Part shown: positions 1-10,100 of the stretch, piece by piece
How positions within the stretch are numbered: position 1 is the stretch's first letter
Layout: each line of letters starts with the position of its first letter
IMG/VR virus record: IMGVR_UViG_3300006793_000021
Coordinates: 11,321-75,320 of that record
Strand: one strand, 5' to 3'
Length of the DNA: 64,000 bases
From: a virus
Notes under the pieces: model-generated
Databases searched by the model: none
Seen by the model: the letters and a program-made list of their open reading frames with translations, nothing else
What the model was told of the DNA's origin: nothing
Made by a program: the position numbers and the translations under genes

Positions 1-1
1 T

Positions 2-286
2 GAAACAATGCTGGAAAGCGGCGTTAAATTAGGTGTTTCCAGTAGGGGCTCTGGTAACGTTTCAGAAGACGGAGGCAATCAAGTCTCCGATTTTGAAATT
101 ATAACAGTTGATGTCGTGGCGCAACCAAGTGCGCCAGGCGCTTACCCAACACCAATCTACGAGCATTTAATGAATGCACGTGGCGGAATGAAGGCATACG
201 AAATGGCACAGGCAACAAAACAAGACCCAAAGGCACAAAAGTATCTAAAGGAATCGCTAGTGAATATCATTAGCAAACTCCAATAA
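2..286 (+). CDS. gp21: Prohead core protease, T4 gp21-like (5' truncated by window edge)
   Basis: LGVSSRGSG (catalytic Ser region) and DFEIITVDVVAQPSAPGAY motifs; lies directly upstream of scaffold and MCP; frame is open to the window start. Confidence 0.9.
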   Translation, partial: ETMLESGVKLGVSSRGSGNVSEDGGNQVSDFEIITVDVVAQPSAPGAYPTPIYEHLMNARGGMKAYEMAQATKQDPKAQKYLKESLVNIISKLQ

Positions 287-301
287 CGAGGAGAAAATAA
301 T

Positions 302-1411
302 ATGTTGGATGCACTAAAAACACTTTTCGAAAACGATGTAGTTACGGAAGAAGTGCGCAACGAAATTCAAGAAGCTTGGGACGCGAAGATCAAAGAGAAT
401 CGCCAGCAAGTAACATCAGAGCTACGTGAAGAATTTGCTAAGAAATATGAGCATGACAAAAGTACAATGGTTGAAGCCATTGATACACTTGTATCTGAAC
501 GTTTAGCAGAAGAAATTGCTGAGTTTGCGGATGACCGCAAAGCATTAGCAGAAGCCCGTGCAAAATATGCAGTTGCTCAGCGTGAAAACGCAGAGAAACT
601 AAAAGGATTTGTTATGGAGCAACTAACTAAAGAAGTTGGTGAGCTACATGAAGATCAAAAAGCAATGGCGGTTAACTTCGGCAAGCTAGAAGAATTTGTT
701 GTAGAAGCACTTGCAAAAGAACTTGCAGAGTTTAACGAAGACAAAAAAGATTTAGCAGAAACTAAAGTACGTTTAGTACGTGAAGCTAAATCACACTTCG
801 CTAAAGTTAAAACTAACTTTATCGAAAGAAGTGCTAAAGCAGTATCAGAAACAGTTGACAAAGCTCTTAAAGGAGAAATTGGTCAACTTAAAGAAGATAT
901 TGAAGAAGCACGTAGAAACGATTTTGGGCGTAAACTGTTTGAAGCATTTGCTTCAGAATACGCAGGAAGCTACCTAAATGAAGCGTCAGAAACAGCTAAA
1001 CTAATTAATGTTATCGCTATGAAAGATAAACAAATTAGTGAAGCAAAAACATTTGCTACTAAAGCTAAAGCATTAGCAGAATCTCAGGCAACTGAGAAGA
1101 AGCGTTTAGTAGAAGCGGCAGAAAGAAAAGACGTACTTAATGAACTTGTTGGACCTTTAAGCAAGGACCAAAAAGAGATTATGACAGACTTACTGGAATC
1201 TGTACAAACTGCAAAACTACGTTCTGCGTTTGACAAGTACCTACCGGCAGTAATAGACGGGAATACTCCAGCCAAAAAGGCAATTTTATCAGAAGGCAAA
1301 GAAGTTACAGGCAACCGTGAACAAAGTTCACAAACTAACGTTAGTAGACAAGCAGACGCAGAACAATTCAACAGAAATGTTGTAGACATTGTGCGTTTAG
1401 CTGGAATATAA
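302..1411 (+). CDS. gp22: Prohead core scaffold protein, T4 gp22-like
   Basis: 369 aa, E/K/A-rich coiled coil between protease and MCP; SD GAGGAG upstream. Confidence 0.8.
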   Translation: MLDALKTLFENDVVTEEVRNEIQEAWDAKIKENRQQVTSELREEFAKKYEHDKSTMVEAIDTLVSERLAEEIAEFADDRKALAEARAKYAVAQRENAEKLKGFVMEQLTKEVGELHEDQKAMAVNFGKLEEFVVEALAKELAEFNEDKKDLAETKVRLVREAKSHFAKVKTNFIERSAKAVSETVDKALKGEIGQLKEDIEEARRNDFGRKLFEAFASEYAGSYLNEASETAKLINVIAMKDKQISEAKTFATKAKALAESQATEKKRLVEAAERKDVLNELVGPLSKDQKEIMTDLLESVQTAKLRSAFDKYLPAVIDGNTPAKKAILSEGKEVTGNREQSSQTNVSRQADAEQFNRNVVDIVRLAGI

Positions 1412-1427
1412 TTTAAGGAGATATGAA

Positions 1428-2600
1428 ATGTCAGAACTACTAGAAAGTCGCTGGCAGGAGACCAAAGGTGCACTAGTTGAAGGATTAACAGGAAATAAGA
1501 AATCTGTTATGGAAGCAACACTTGAAAATACTCGCAAGTATTTGTCAGAGAGTGCAACAGCAGGTGCAACTTCTGCAGGCAACGTAGCAACTCTAAATAG
1601 AGTTATTTTACCAGTTATTAGACGTGTAATGCCAACTGTGATCGCGAACGAGATCGTTGGTGTTCAGCCTATGACAGGACCAGTGGGTCAAATCCACACA
1701 TTACGAGTACGTTACGCTGATGCCTTTACAGGTACAGCAGGCGGATCAGCGGCAGCAGGCGAAGAGGCTTTAAGCCCATTCAAAATTGCTGAAGGCTATT
1801 CAGGTAATGCAAATGGTAAAGCAGATCCAACAGCATCAAAAGAAGGTGTTGCTGGTAACAGACTAAGCATTCAGATTTTAAAGCAAACAGTCGAAGCTAA
1901 GACACGTAAATTGTCAGCTCGCTGGACGTTTGAATCTGCACAAGATGCGCAGTCACAACATGGTATTGATGTTGAAGCAGAAATCATGGCAGCTCTTGCA
2001 CAAGAGATCACTGCTGAGATTGATCAAGAAGTATTAACTTCATTAGCATCATTAGCAGGTACAGGTACTGATACTTACAACCAAGCTGGTGTAAGTGGTA
2101 CTGCAACATTCGTCGGTGACGAACATGCGGCATTAGCTGTATTAATTAACAGAGCGGCAAACAGAATTGCACAAAGAACACGTAGAGGCGCAGGTAACTG
2201 GGCTGTTGTTTCTCCAGCAATTTTAACTGTCCTTCAATCAGCAACAACTTCAGCGTTTGCAAGAACAACTGAAGGTACGTTTGAAGCACCAACTAACACT
2301 AAAATGGTTGGTACATTGAACAACGCTATGAAGATCTATGTTAATACATACGCGGCAGACGACGATGTACTAGTTGGCTACAAAGGCTCAAGTGAATCAG
2401 ATGCGGCAGCATTCTATTGCCCATACATTCCACTAATGAGCTCAGGTGTTGTACTAGACCCAACTTCATTCGAACCAGTTGTATCATTTATGACTAGATA
2501 CGGATATGTTGAGTTAAACAACACAGCGTCATCTTTAGGTAACGCGGCTGATTACGTTGAAAAAGTTGAAGTGAATAGCGGCAACTTATCATTCTCGTAA
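1428..2600 (+). CDS. gp23: Major capsid protein, T4 gp23 family
   Basis: RRVMPTVIANEIVGVQPMTGPVGQI, KTRKLSARWT, AFYCPYIPL and FMTRYG motifs; SD AAGGAG. Confidence 0.97.
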   Translation: MSELLESRWQETKGALVEGLTGNKKSVMEATLENTRKYLSESATAGATSAGNVATLNRVILPVIRRVMPTVIANEIVGVQPMTGPVGQIHTLRVRYADAFTGTAGGSAAAGEEALSPFKIAEGYSGNANGKADPTASKEGVAGNRLSIQILKQTVEAKTRKLSARWTFESAQDAQSQHGIDVEAEIMAALAQEITAEIDQEVLTSLASLAGTGTDTYNQAGVSGTATFVGDEHAALAVLINRAANRIAQRTRRGAGNWAVVSPAILTVLQSATTSAFARTTEGTFEAPTNTKMVGTLNNAMKIYVNTYAADDDVLVGYKGSSESDAAAFYCPYIPLMSSGVVLDPTSFEPVVSFMTRYGYVELNNTASSLGNAADYVEKVEVNSGNLSFS

Positions 2601-2625
2601 GCAGAATATAGTTTTTAACTATACT

Positions 2626-2653
2626 AAAGGGCGGCTTAGGTCGCCCTTTTTTT
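2626..2653 (+). terminator. Rho-independent terminator after MCP
   Basis: AAAGGGCGGC-TTAG-GTCGCCCTTT hairpin with T run. Confidence 0.9.
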
Positions 2654-2725
2654 ACGGCTGAAGATTCGATGTACGGTTAAATACCGCAGTAAGAACCCCT
2701 AACTATTTTCGAAAGGAAAATAAAA

Positions 2726-3742
2726 ATGAAACGGACTATAGTTATTCTGTCTGCTCTTTTCGCTTTGATATCATTTCAAGCATTTGCAGACACAAAGACC
2801 CTCGAAGAAAGAGTTGCTGATTTAGAAAAGTCAGCACCAACGTTACCAACAGGAATGTTTGTTAACGGAAACATTGAAGTATATTACGATTCAGATACTT
2901 ATGATTCAGATTTTGATACACGAGCAGAAGTGTTTGTAGGACTACAATCTCAATTAGACGGCCCTATTGATTGGGCAGGCGCAAGTACTAGATTTGACTC
3001 TCATTATTCTTTAGATACAACATTAAACAATAGCATTGTTGAAAAACAAATTGGCGTTGGTTTAGGAAATACTAGACTTTATGTAGGCGAAACAGATGCA
3101 CAAAGACTAGGATTTGCTAAAACAGCTAAAATTGGTTTACCACTTATTATTACAGAATCTAATAGTAGAATTGACCATAAAGAAAAACTTGTACTAACAT
3201 TTGGCGGATGGGAAAATAATAACGAATTTGATTTTGATGAGCATAGACTAAGCAGAGATTTACCAATTGGATTTACTGTAGGTTATGATGCAGAAGCAAG
3301 TACAGTATACTTAGGTGGTACTGTAAGTTTAGCAGGATTTGCAGAACTATCATATATGCAAATTGGTAATAAAAACAATATTACTGACAACGAACTAAAT
3401 CAACAAGGTGTTGCTGTAGGTTCACAAGTATTACGTAGATACGGCATTCCAGTAGGATTTGGTGTTGAAGTATGGGACGATAAGAATACAGGATTAGCAA
3501 AAGATGATCGTGTTGACCTTGGTCTTATGTACAACTATTCTAAAGAAACAATGTTTACTGCACATAGAGTATTAAACGATGACTTAGGAACTGACGGTAC
3601 ATATCTTGGTGTAGTACATACAGTAGGACCAGTAGAAACAGGTTTCTATTATCATACAGATGTTAAAAATACAAGTGTATGGACAGGTGCAACAACTGAG
3701 AGTGACGATAGTATTAAAGCTACTCTTAAGTACAAGTTTTAA
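2726..3742 (+). CDS. Outer-membrane porin-like beta-barrel protein
   Basis: Sec signal peptide MKRTIVILSALFALISFQAFA, short coiled coil LEERVADLEK, alternating amphipathic beta strands, C-terminal beta signal KATLKYKF. Confidence 0.8.
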   Translation: MKRTIVILSALFALISFQAFADTKTLEERVADLEKSAPTLPTGMFVNGNIEVYYDSDTYDSDFDTRAEVFVGLQSQLDGPIDWAGASTRFDSHYSLDTTLNNSIVEKQIGVGLGNTRLYVGETDAQRLGFAKTAKIGLPLIITESNSRIDHKEKLVLTFGGWENNNEFDFDEHRLSRDLPIGFTVGYDAEASTVYLGGTVSLAGFAELSYMQIGNKNNITDNELNQQGVAVGSQVLRRYGIPVGFGVEVWDDKNTGLAKDDRVDLGLMYNYSKETMFTAHRVLNDDLGTDGTYLGVVHTVGPVETGFYYHTDVKNTSVWTGATTESDDSIKATLKYKF

Positions 3743-3754
3743 TAAATAATATTA

Positions 3755-3797
3755 CGTTCAGCCAATAGGCCGGGAGTAGCACAAGCGAAGGAACGCA
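3755..3797 (+). ncRNA. Glutamine riboswitch-like element (glnA / Downstream-peptide class)
   Basis: CGTTCA-GCC AATA GGC-CGGGAGTAG-CACAAGC-GAAGGAACGC: closing stem CGTTC/GAACG, CGGRAGTAG and GAAGGAACGC E-loop-like segments; upstream of SD and a short ORF. Confidence 0.75.
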
Positions 3798-3822
3798 CTT
3801 AACCTTTAACAAGGAGAGTGTT

Positions 3823-3921
3823 ATGGATAATTACACGCTTTGGTGCTTTCAACGAATCATTAAACAGCACCATATAAAAAAAGTTAACTTTTTATTAAAA
3901 AAGAGGTTGACTTCTGCTTAA
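3823..3921 (+). CDS. 32-aa basic peptide downstream of riboswitch-like element (MDNYTLWCFQRIIKQHHIKKVNFLLKKRLTSA)
   Basis: SD AAGGAG at 3811-3816, ATG 3823, TAA 3919-3921; below the ORF-track size cutoff. Confidence 0.6.
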   Translation: MDNYTLWCFQRIIKQHHIKKVNFLLKKRLTSA

Positions 3922-3935
3922 TAGTTTGTTATATT
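3907..3935 (+). promoter_or_regulatory. Sigma70-type (early/host RNAP) promoter
   Basis: TTGACT-17 nt-TATATT with TG extended -10. Confidence 0.7.
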
Positions 3936-3941
3936 AAGTAC

Positions 3942-4184
3942 ATAAGTTAGACGACGGTGTAACTTAGATAGTGCAAGGAAGAGGAGTTACAGGCTCCGAA
4001 CTTGACTAGTAGCTGTAGTGGCATTGCGTGACTGTGGAGACACAGAGACGTATTTCCGAACGTAACTGTTTGGTGCGAGGTTTGCGGGAACGACAGACAG
4101 ACTGTTAACCGCATTGTTGGTATTCTGAAGTCCAACCTATCACTTTTATTAAAAGCTCGATACTTAATTGTGTCGGGCTTTTTT
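3942..4184 (+). ncRNA. Unidentified structured ncRNA (~240 nt) with putative pseudoknot
   Basis: Own promoter and terminator, no plausible + strand ORF, GC-richer than surroundings; several hairpins including a GAGA tetraloop; GATAG/CTATC closing helix. Confidence 0.65.
4151..4184 (+). terminator. Rho-independent terminator ending the ncRNA
   Basis: AAAAGCTCGATAC-TTAATT-GTGTCGGGCTTTTTT; G-U pairs support the + strand. Confidence 0.85.
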
Positions 4185-4193
4185 CTTTTATGA

Positions 4194-4297
4194 TAAATAC
4201 ATATGTCAAATAGTGTGCCGCAAGGCGGACTTATGCTGTTTAACCCACAGCGTAGCTCATAGAACGGGCATAGGACTACTTAAATAGGAGAAAACAA
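4194..4297 (+). promoter_or_regulatory. Late promoter plus structured 5' leader
   Basis: TAAATA at 4194-4199; three consecutive hairpins at 4212-4269 (one with GCAA tetraloop) before SD AGGAG. Confidence 0.55.
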
Positions 4298-4747
4298 ATG
4301 GGAAGACCACTTAATAAAAGATTATTCGGAACACCAACAGCTAATGGTTCTGAAGTTAAAGTAAACTTTCATAACGGCACAGCAGTTAAAGAAGGTTATA
4401 TCGTAAAGCAAAAAGGCTCAAAGAAATTTGTATGTGAAGAAATTGAAACAGCAGGCGAATTTACTTGTGTACTAACAACTGGTAAATTACCAGCGGCACT
4501 AGCGGCAGGCGAAATGTCAATTTCATTCAAAATGGATGATGCAGAAACATACACAGTAAGTAAAATTGCTGGACGTAAAGCAACATTATCAGCACCAAGT
4601 GCAACAGGTACTAACTTATATGACGGCAACAGTGTTGCTTGGAACTTTAGTACATCTGTAGCAGATGGAGCGGCACAAGTTGAAGAAGCAGGTGATGATA
4701 ACACATTAACTGGTACTGATGACGACGACTTTACAGAAGACGCATAA
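4298..4747 (+). CDS. Hypothetical virion-associated protein
   Basis: 149 aa, SD AGGAG, acidic tail, codon usage like the structural genes. Confidence 0.75.
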   Translation: MGRPLNKRLFGTPTANGSEVKVNFHNGTAVKEGYIVKQKGSKKFVCEEIETAGEFTCVLTTGKLPAALAAGEMSISFKMDDAETYTVSKIAGRKATLSAPSATGTNLYDGNSVAWNFSTSVADGAAQVEEAGDDNTLTGTDDDDFTEDA

Positions 4748-4758
4748 GGACTAATTTA

Positions 4759-5124
4759 ATGGGACATCCAGTAAATGTTTTTTGGGAACTTTTAAAGAAT
4801 CTAAAAGACTTGGTTGTTTCAGTAAAAATTGGAAGCTCTAAGGCAGTTCCACATGGTGCTGTTTTAGAGCAACTTAGCAATACAAAGTTTAAAGTTGAAG
4901 ACGGAGAAGGAAATCAAGGCGTGTGCGAACTAGTTAATAAAAATACAGAACAATTATTAGACAACGAAATGTCTATTCTTGGGTTTGTGTTAAACAGTTC
5001 AGCATTTGTATATATTGCTTCAATAGTTAACGACATTATGAATGACTTTACAAACAAAGAATATACTTGGCATTTAGATAATGATTCTACAACCAATGTA
5101 TTAATATTAACGGGAAAACTATAG
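4759..5124 (+). CDS. Hypothetical protein, diverged paralog of 4298..4747
   Basis: Shared MG.P.N start, KF, C.L and EMSI motifs in the same order. Confidence 0.65.
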   Translation: MGHPVNVFWELLKNLKDLVVSVKIGSSKAVPHGAVLEQLSNTKFKVEDGEGNQGVCELVNKNTEQLLDNEMSILGFVLNSSAFVYIASIVNDIMNDFTNKEYTWHLDNDSTTNVLILTGKL

Positions 5125-6177
5125 ATGTCAAAGTTTCTAAATATAGATGGCGACTATAAAATTTCAGTCACAGACGGTGGAGAGATTAGACTTGATCCAG
5201 GCACCGACGGTAAAGTAAAAATTATCGGTGACTTAGAAGTTGATGGTGACCAAACTATTATTAATAGTTCTACTCTTGTAGTAGATGATCCTTTTGTCAC
5301 AGTAAACCAAGGTGGCGTATCAGGCGGAGTAGTAAATAACTCCGAAGGCGATGTTGCAGGTATACAAATTGACAGAGGTGGAAGTGATGCATTTTGGGTA
5401 TACGATGAGCAAGGACTTGCTGACGCAGTATTCATAGGTAGACTCGGTAGTCCATCAACAGGAACTATTGTTGATCTTAGAACATCAAGAATACAAACAG
5501 GCGGTGCTGATCTTAAATTAATTAATGACGGTACTGGCATTGTTACTGTAGAAGGTTGTACAGATTATGAAAAACAAATATTCGAGTATGACGGATCATT
5601 AGTTGACTTTACTGTTAACCCAGTATTAAAAGCAAATCAACATGACACATTAATAAATGCAAAAGGTGTTGTTGATTATGTAGATGGCTTCTTTGTTGGT
5701 AAATTCCAAAACAAAATTGAATCATTAGACACATTTGTTGTTGTACATGATAGTGATGCATTTGCAATAGACGAAAGTGCTATTGAATTTACTATTGATA
5801 ATACACCAGCGGCAAAGTTCTTTAATAACAGAGCAGAGCTACAGCATTTAAGAATTCAAGACACAACAATCGAAACTACATCAAGTAATGCAGATTTAGT
5901 TTTAAGCGCACCTGGAACAGGTAATGTACAAGTCAATGACGTTTTGTATATTACGCAAGGTCCATATCAAGATGATGATGGAACAGGCGGCGGAGGTATA
6001 CCAAACTTTGGTGTAGATGCGGACACAGCCAATCCGGACGCTCCAACAGATGGTATTAAATTATACAGTAAAGCAGAAGGTGCGGCAGGCTCTAGCTTAT
6101 ATTTCATCAATGGTGGATCAGTACAAGATGAATTGGTAAGTAAAAAGAAAGCACTACTGTTTTCGATGATATTATAA
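5125..6177 (+). CDS. Structural protein (baseplate/fiber-type beta repeat)
   Basis: GDLEVDG..T.INS..L.V.D and AGIQIDRG motifs; IETTSSNADLVLSAPGTG repeat shared with the giant proteins downstream. Confidence 0.7.
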   Translation: MSKFLNIDGDYKISVTDGGEIRLDPGTDGKVKIIGDLEVDGDQTIINSSTLVVDDPFVTVNQGGVSGGVVNNSEGDVAGIQIDRGGSDAFWVYDEQGLADAVFIGRLGSPSTGTIVDLRTSRIQTGGADLKLINDGTGIVTVEGCTDYEKQIFEYDGSLVDFTVNPVLKANQHDTLINAKGVVDYVDGFFVGKFQNKIESLDTFVVVHDSDAFAIDESAIEFTIDNTPAAKFFNNRAELQHLRIQDTTIETTSSNADLVLSAPGTGNVQVNDVLYITQGPYQDDDGTGGGGIPNFGVDADTANPDAPTDGIKLYSKAEGAAGSSLYFINGGSVQDELVSKKKALLFSMIL

Positions 6178-6187
6178 AGGAACAAAA

Positions 6188-6556
6188 ATGGCAATAGTTA
6201 ATACACAAATTGGCGGTAGCTTTACAGACATACTAACAGTTCCTAGCTCATCTAGCGACCCTAACTACAATCTAGGTGGATTCGCTGTTACGACTATTAT
6301 GTTCTGTAATACAGCGCAAAACCCAGAGTTAGAACTCTACACAGACGGCGGAGACACATATTTAGATGTACATGTGTGTCCAGGCGGGATTGCCGCAGGA
6401 GACGGAAATATGATTTTAAATAATATTCCTATTCCAGCAGGCGAAACATTTTCAATGGACAGTGAGAAGTTGATTTTAGCACCAGGTGATATTGTAAGAT
6501 GTTCAACTACATCTCCAACTAATATTACTGCAACAGTAAGTTACATACCGGTATAA
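6188..6556 (+). CDS. Small structural protein (family also at 17912 and 33542)
   Basis: T.I.FCN ... IPAGET ... EKLIL.PGD pattern. Confidence 0.7.
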   Translation: MAIVNTQIGGSFTDILTVPSSSSDPNYNLGGFAVTTIMFCNTAQNPELELYTDGGDTYLDVHVCPGGIAAGDGNMILNNIPIPAGETFSMDSEKLILAPGDIVRCSTTSPTNITATVSYIPV

Positions 6557-7071
6557 TGAGATACGTTAGAAGACAAACAACCGCTAACAGGTTTATTAGA
6601 AACAACAGAGGCATACATATGACCGCTGTTGATAAAGAAATTATTCTTGACAGCGAAAACGTAGTTATGGTTCCAAAAGGCCGTACAGAAGATCGTCCGC
6701 AAAATCCAAAGAACGGGCATATGCGTTACAACACTGATGATAATAGGTTTGAAATATACGAAGCAGACGAATGGAACGGTATAAGAAATGCGGCTCCATC
6801 AGCTTACGCACCTATTACTGTACAAAACTTAGGCAACGGTGATGCAAGTGAAACTGTATTTGGTCCACTTAATAGTGGCGATCCTTTCTATCCTGTACCT
6901 GCCGCGGCGCAAAATGTTTTAGTATTTGCTGAAAACGTTTTTCAATTACCTATCACAAACTACACACTTGTACAAAATCCAGCAGGAAAAACAGCAGGTT
7001 ATTATTTACAATTTGCATCACCAGTTGATGCAGGCAAACCTGTAACAGTAATACATAACTTCGATAAGTAA
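6556..7071 (+). CDS. Structural protein (baseplate wedge/fiber-like)
   Basis: VPKGRTEDRP...GHMRYNTD...FE.Y...W motif plus NVLVF.ENVFQ.P...Y module; TAATG translational coupling. Confidence 0.7.
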   Translation: MRYVRRQTTANRFIRNNRGIHMTAVDKEIILDSENVVMVPKGRTEDRPQNPKNGHMRYNTDDNRFEIYEADEWNGIRNAAPSAYAPITVQNLGNGDASETVFGPLNSGDPFYPVPAAAQNVLVFAENVFQLPITNYTLVQNPAGKTAGYYLQFASPVDAGKPVTVIHNFDK

Positions 7072-7104
7072 ATTCAATAAATACTGTGTCAGGGAGATTA
7101 TTGA

Positions 7105-10100
7105 GTGGCACAAGTAGGTAGAATATCCGGTCCGTTATTAGAAGAAAACCTTTTAAGGCAAGGCATTGCCAACGGAACCCAAGCCAATTTAAGTTTTAAA
7201 AATACCAACAATGATACTACACTTTTAAAAGTTGATGTAGCAAACGGTCGTATTGGTGTAGACTTAGAAGCAGTTGCTAACGAACTACAAGTATCTCAAA
7301 CTATTCAAACAACTGATTTACTATCAACTACAAGTAATGCAGGTGTTGCTAACTTTACAATTATTGGCAACAATATTGATGCTATTAATAACCAAGCAAT
7401 TTATTTAGATGCTGGCGAACATATACAACTGAGTAATTTAGAAACAGAACAGTTTTATATTAGCGACAATTACATACTTACTAAAGACACGAATACTGAC
7501 ATTGATTTTAAATTTAATGGCACAGGTAAATTAGATATTAAATCTAATTTAGAAGTCTTTGGCGATATACATGCACAGGGTAATGTTACACTTGACGGCA
7601 ATATTACATTTGGTGATGCAGATACAGATAGTATAGATTTTAACGCAGATACTGCTGATGATATTATTCCTGATGTAACAGATAATTACATACTGGGTTC
7701 TACAGGATATAACTGGAACACCTTACATACAGAACTAGTTAACGGACAGTTAATTACTACAGGATTAGTTAATGTAGGAAATGTATTTCTTGATTCAAGA
7801 CAAGGAAACATATTTTATGTTGCCAAAGGCGGCAACGATACATACACTGGCGACCATCCACAAGCACCGTTACTAACCCTTAAAGAAGCACTTGATCGTT
7901 GTGATGCAAGTACAACAGGTCCTGTAACTGTGTTTATATATCCAGGTGAATACGAAGAAATATGTCCGTTAGAAGTTCCTGCCAATGTTAGTATTATGGG
8001 TAACGATTTAAGAAACGTTATTATTAAACCAACAGCAGGTACTAATGATAAAGATATTTTCTTACTAAATGATAGCTCTACAATTACAGAAATTACTGTA
8101 AAAGACTTTTACTACAATAGCACTAATAATACAGGACATGCATTTAGATTTGCTCCTGATGCTGTAATTACAAATAGAAGTCCCTACATAAAAGACGTAT
8201 CAGTAATTACAAAAGGTAGCGTAACAAGCGCAAGTGATCCAAGAGGATTTGCACAAGGCGATGCAGGTAAAGGCGCACTAGTAGATGGTGCTGATCTAAA
8301 TAGTGCTAGTATTGAAGGCAGTATGCTATTTCATAGTGCAACATTTATAACACCAAATGCAGATGCACTAACAATGACAAATGGTGTTAGAGTAGAATGG
8401 CTAAACTCATTTACATACTTTGCAAAAAGAGGTATGTATGCTGTTAGAGGATCTACAGGAAGAACAGCATATGGAACTACAAACTATGGTGCAGAATTAC
8501 GTTCTATAGGATCAGCAAACGTATATGGTACTAAAGGTGCTGAAGCAGATGGTGCTGATACATTAATGTATCTTATACAGCACAATATGGCATATATTGG
8601 CGCAGGCAAGTTTGTTGATAACGATCCTAGTAGGCTAATACAAGCAAATGAAATTACTGAATTAAACTCAGGTAAAATTCATTTTGTTACAACTGACCAA
8701 GGCGGTTCTTTTAGAATCGGCGACAACTTCTTTGTTGACTTTGAAACAGGTAATACAACAATTAACATTGATGATTTGTCAGTCAATCAATTTAATGCGT
8801 TAAGAATTAATACAGGTACAAACACAACAGTAATTGACGGTGCTTTTATAGATACCGGAAATTTAAGAATACAAAATAATATTATTCAAACTGATGTAGG
8901 TGATTTAATAATTGAATCAGCAGGTAAAATAAATCTTAATGATAATACAAATGTTACAGGTGATGTTGATATTATAGGTAATTTTAGTTATGGCGGTGCG
9001 TTAAATGTTAAAGGTAACGAACTAAGTGACGCACTAGTATTCAATGCAGAACTACAACAGAACTTCAATCCACATCAGAACTTAACTTTTAGTTTAGGAT
9101 CATTTAATAACAAATGGCTTATAGCACACTTATCAAGAATGGAAGTTGGCGACATAAGCATCTATGATAATGTTATTGAAACAAATGTATCAGACGCAGA
9201 CTTAGAGTTACGTGCTAACGGCACAGGCAAAATTCTTGCTCCAAACAATAATGTAGATGTTACAAATAATTTAAATGTTAATGGCCTTGCTACACTTGCT
9301 AATACAAATATTACAGGAACTGTAACACATGTAGGAACAACAAATCAAACTGGTAATACTAATATATCAGAAGATTTAAACGTAACAAGTACACTTGATG
9401 TAGACAGTAACGTCCAACTTGAAGAAATATTAATTGATAGTAACTTTATTACTACAACTACAAGTAATGCAGATTTAGAATTACGTGCCGCTGGAACAGG
9501 TATTGTTAATTTACAAGATAACGTTAATGTAACAGACAACGTTAGTGCTGATAATATACAAACTACAAGTGCAACATTTACAGCAAACGTTACTAGTGAT
9601 AATGCTAATATTGGAAATATTGAAATAAATGATAATAATATTAGTGCAACATCAACAGATTCTAATTTAATATTAAATGCTAACGATGAAGTTAGGGTTC
9701 TTGGAACTGATACGGTATTTGAACAAGACCTTACAGTATCAGGACTTAGTGTAATACCCAATACTAATATTACTGGAACTTTAACTCATACAGGTAATAG
9801 AGTAACTTCTCCAGGCAGTGATCTTACACTAAACGGCGAACTTACAGTTGATAATGTTTATATCGAAGATAACTTTATTACCACTACTACAGGTAATTTA
9901 TTATTAGAAGCAACAGGAGATATTGTTGCTGATACAAATAATGTTTCTATCACTAACGATCTAACAGTTAGTGGAGTAACAACACTAGACGACACTACAA
10001 TTAATTCAACCCTAACACATGTAGGTGATAATGTACAAACAGGAAATTTGGCTATTGGTGGCCGTTTGGATATCGACAGTATCAATATTGACACTAATGT

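Noticed and set aside
3947-4135. 62-aa minus-strand ORF
   Set aside because: Antisense to a promoter- and terminator-bounded structured RNA; no SD and atypical composition
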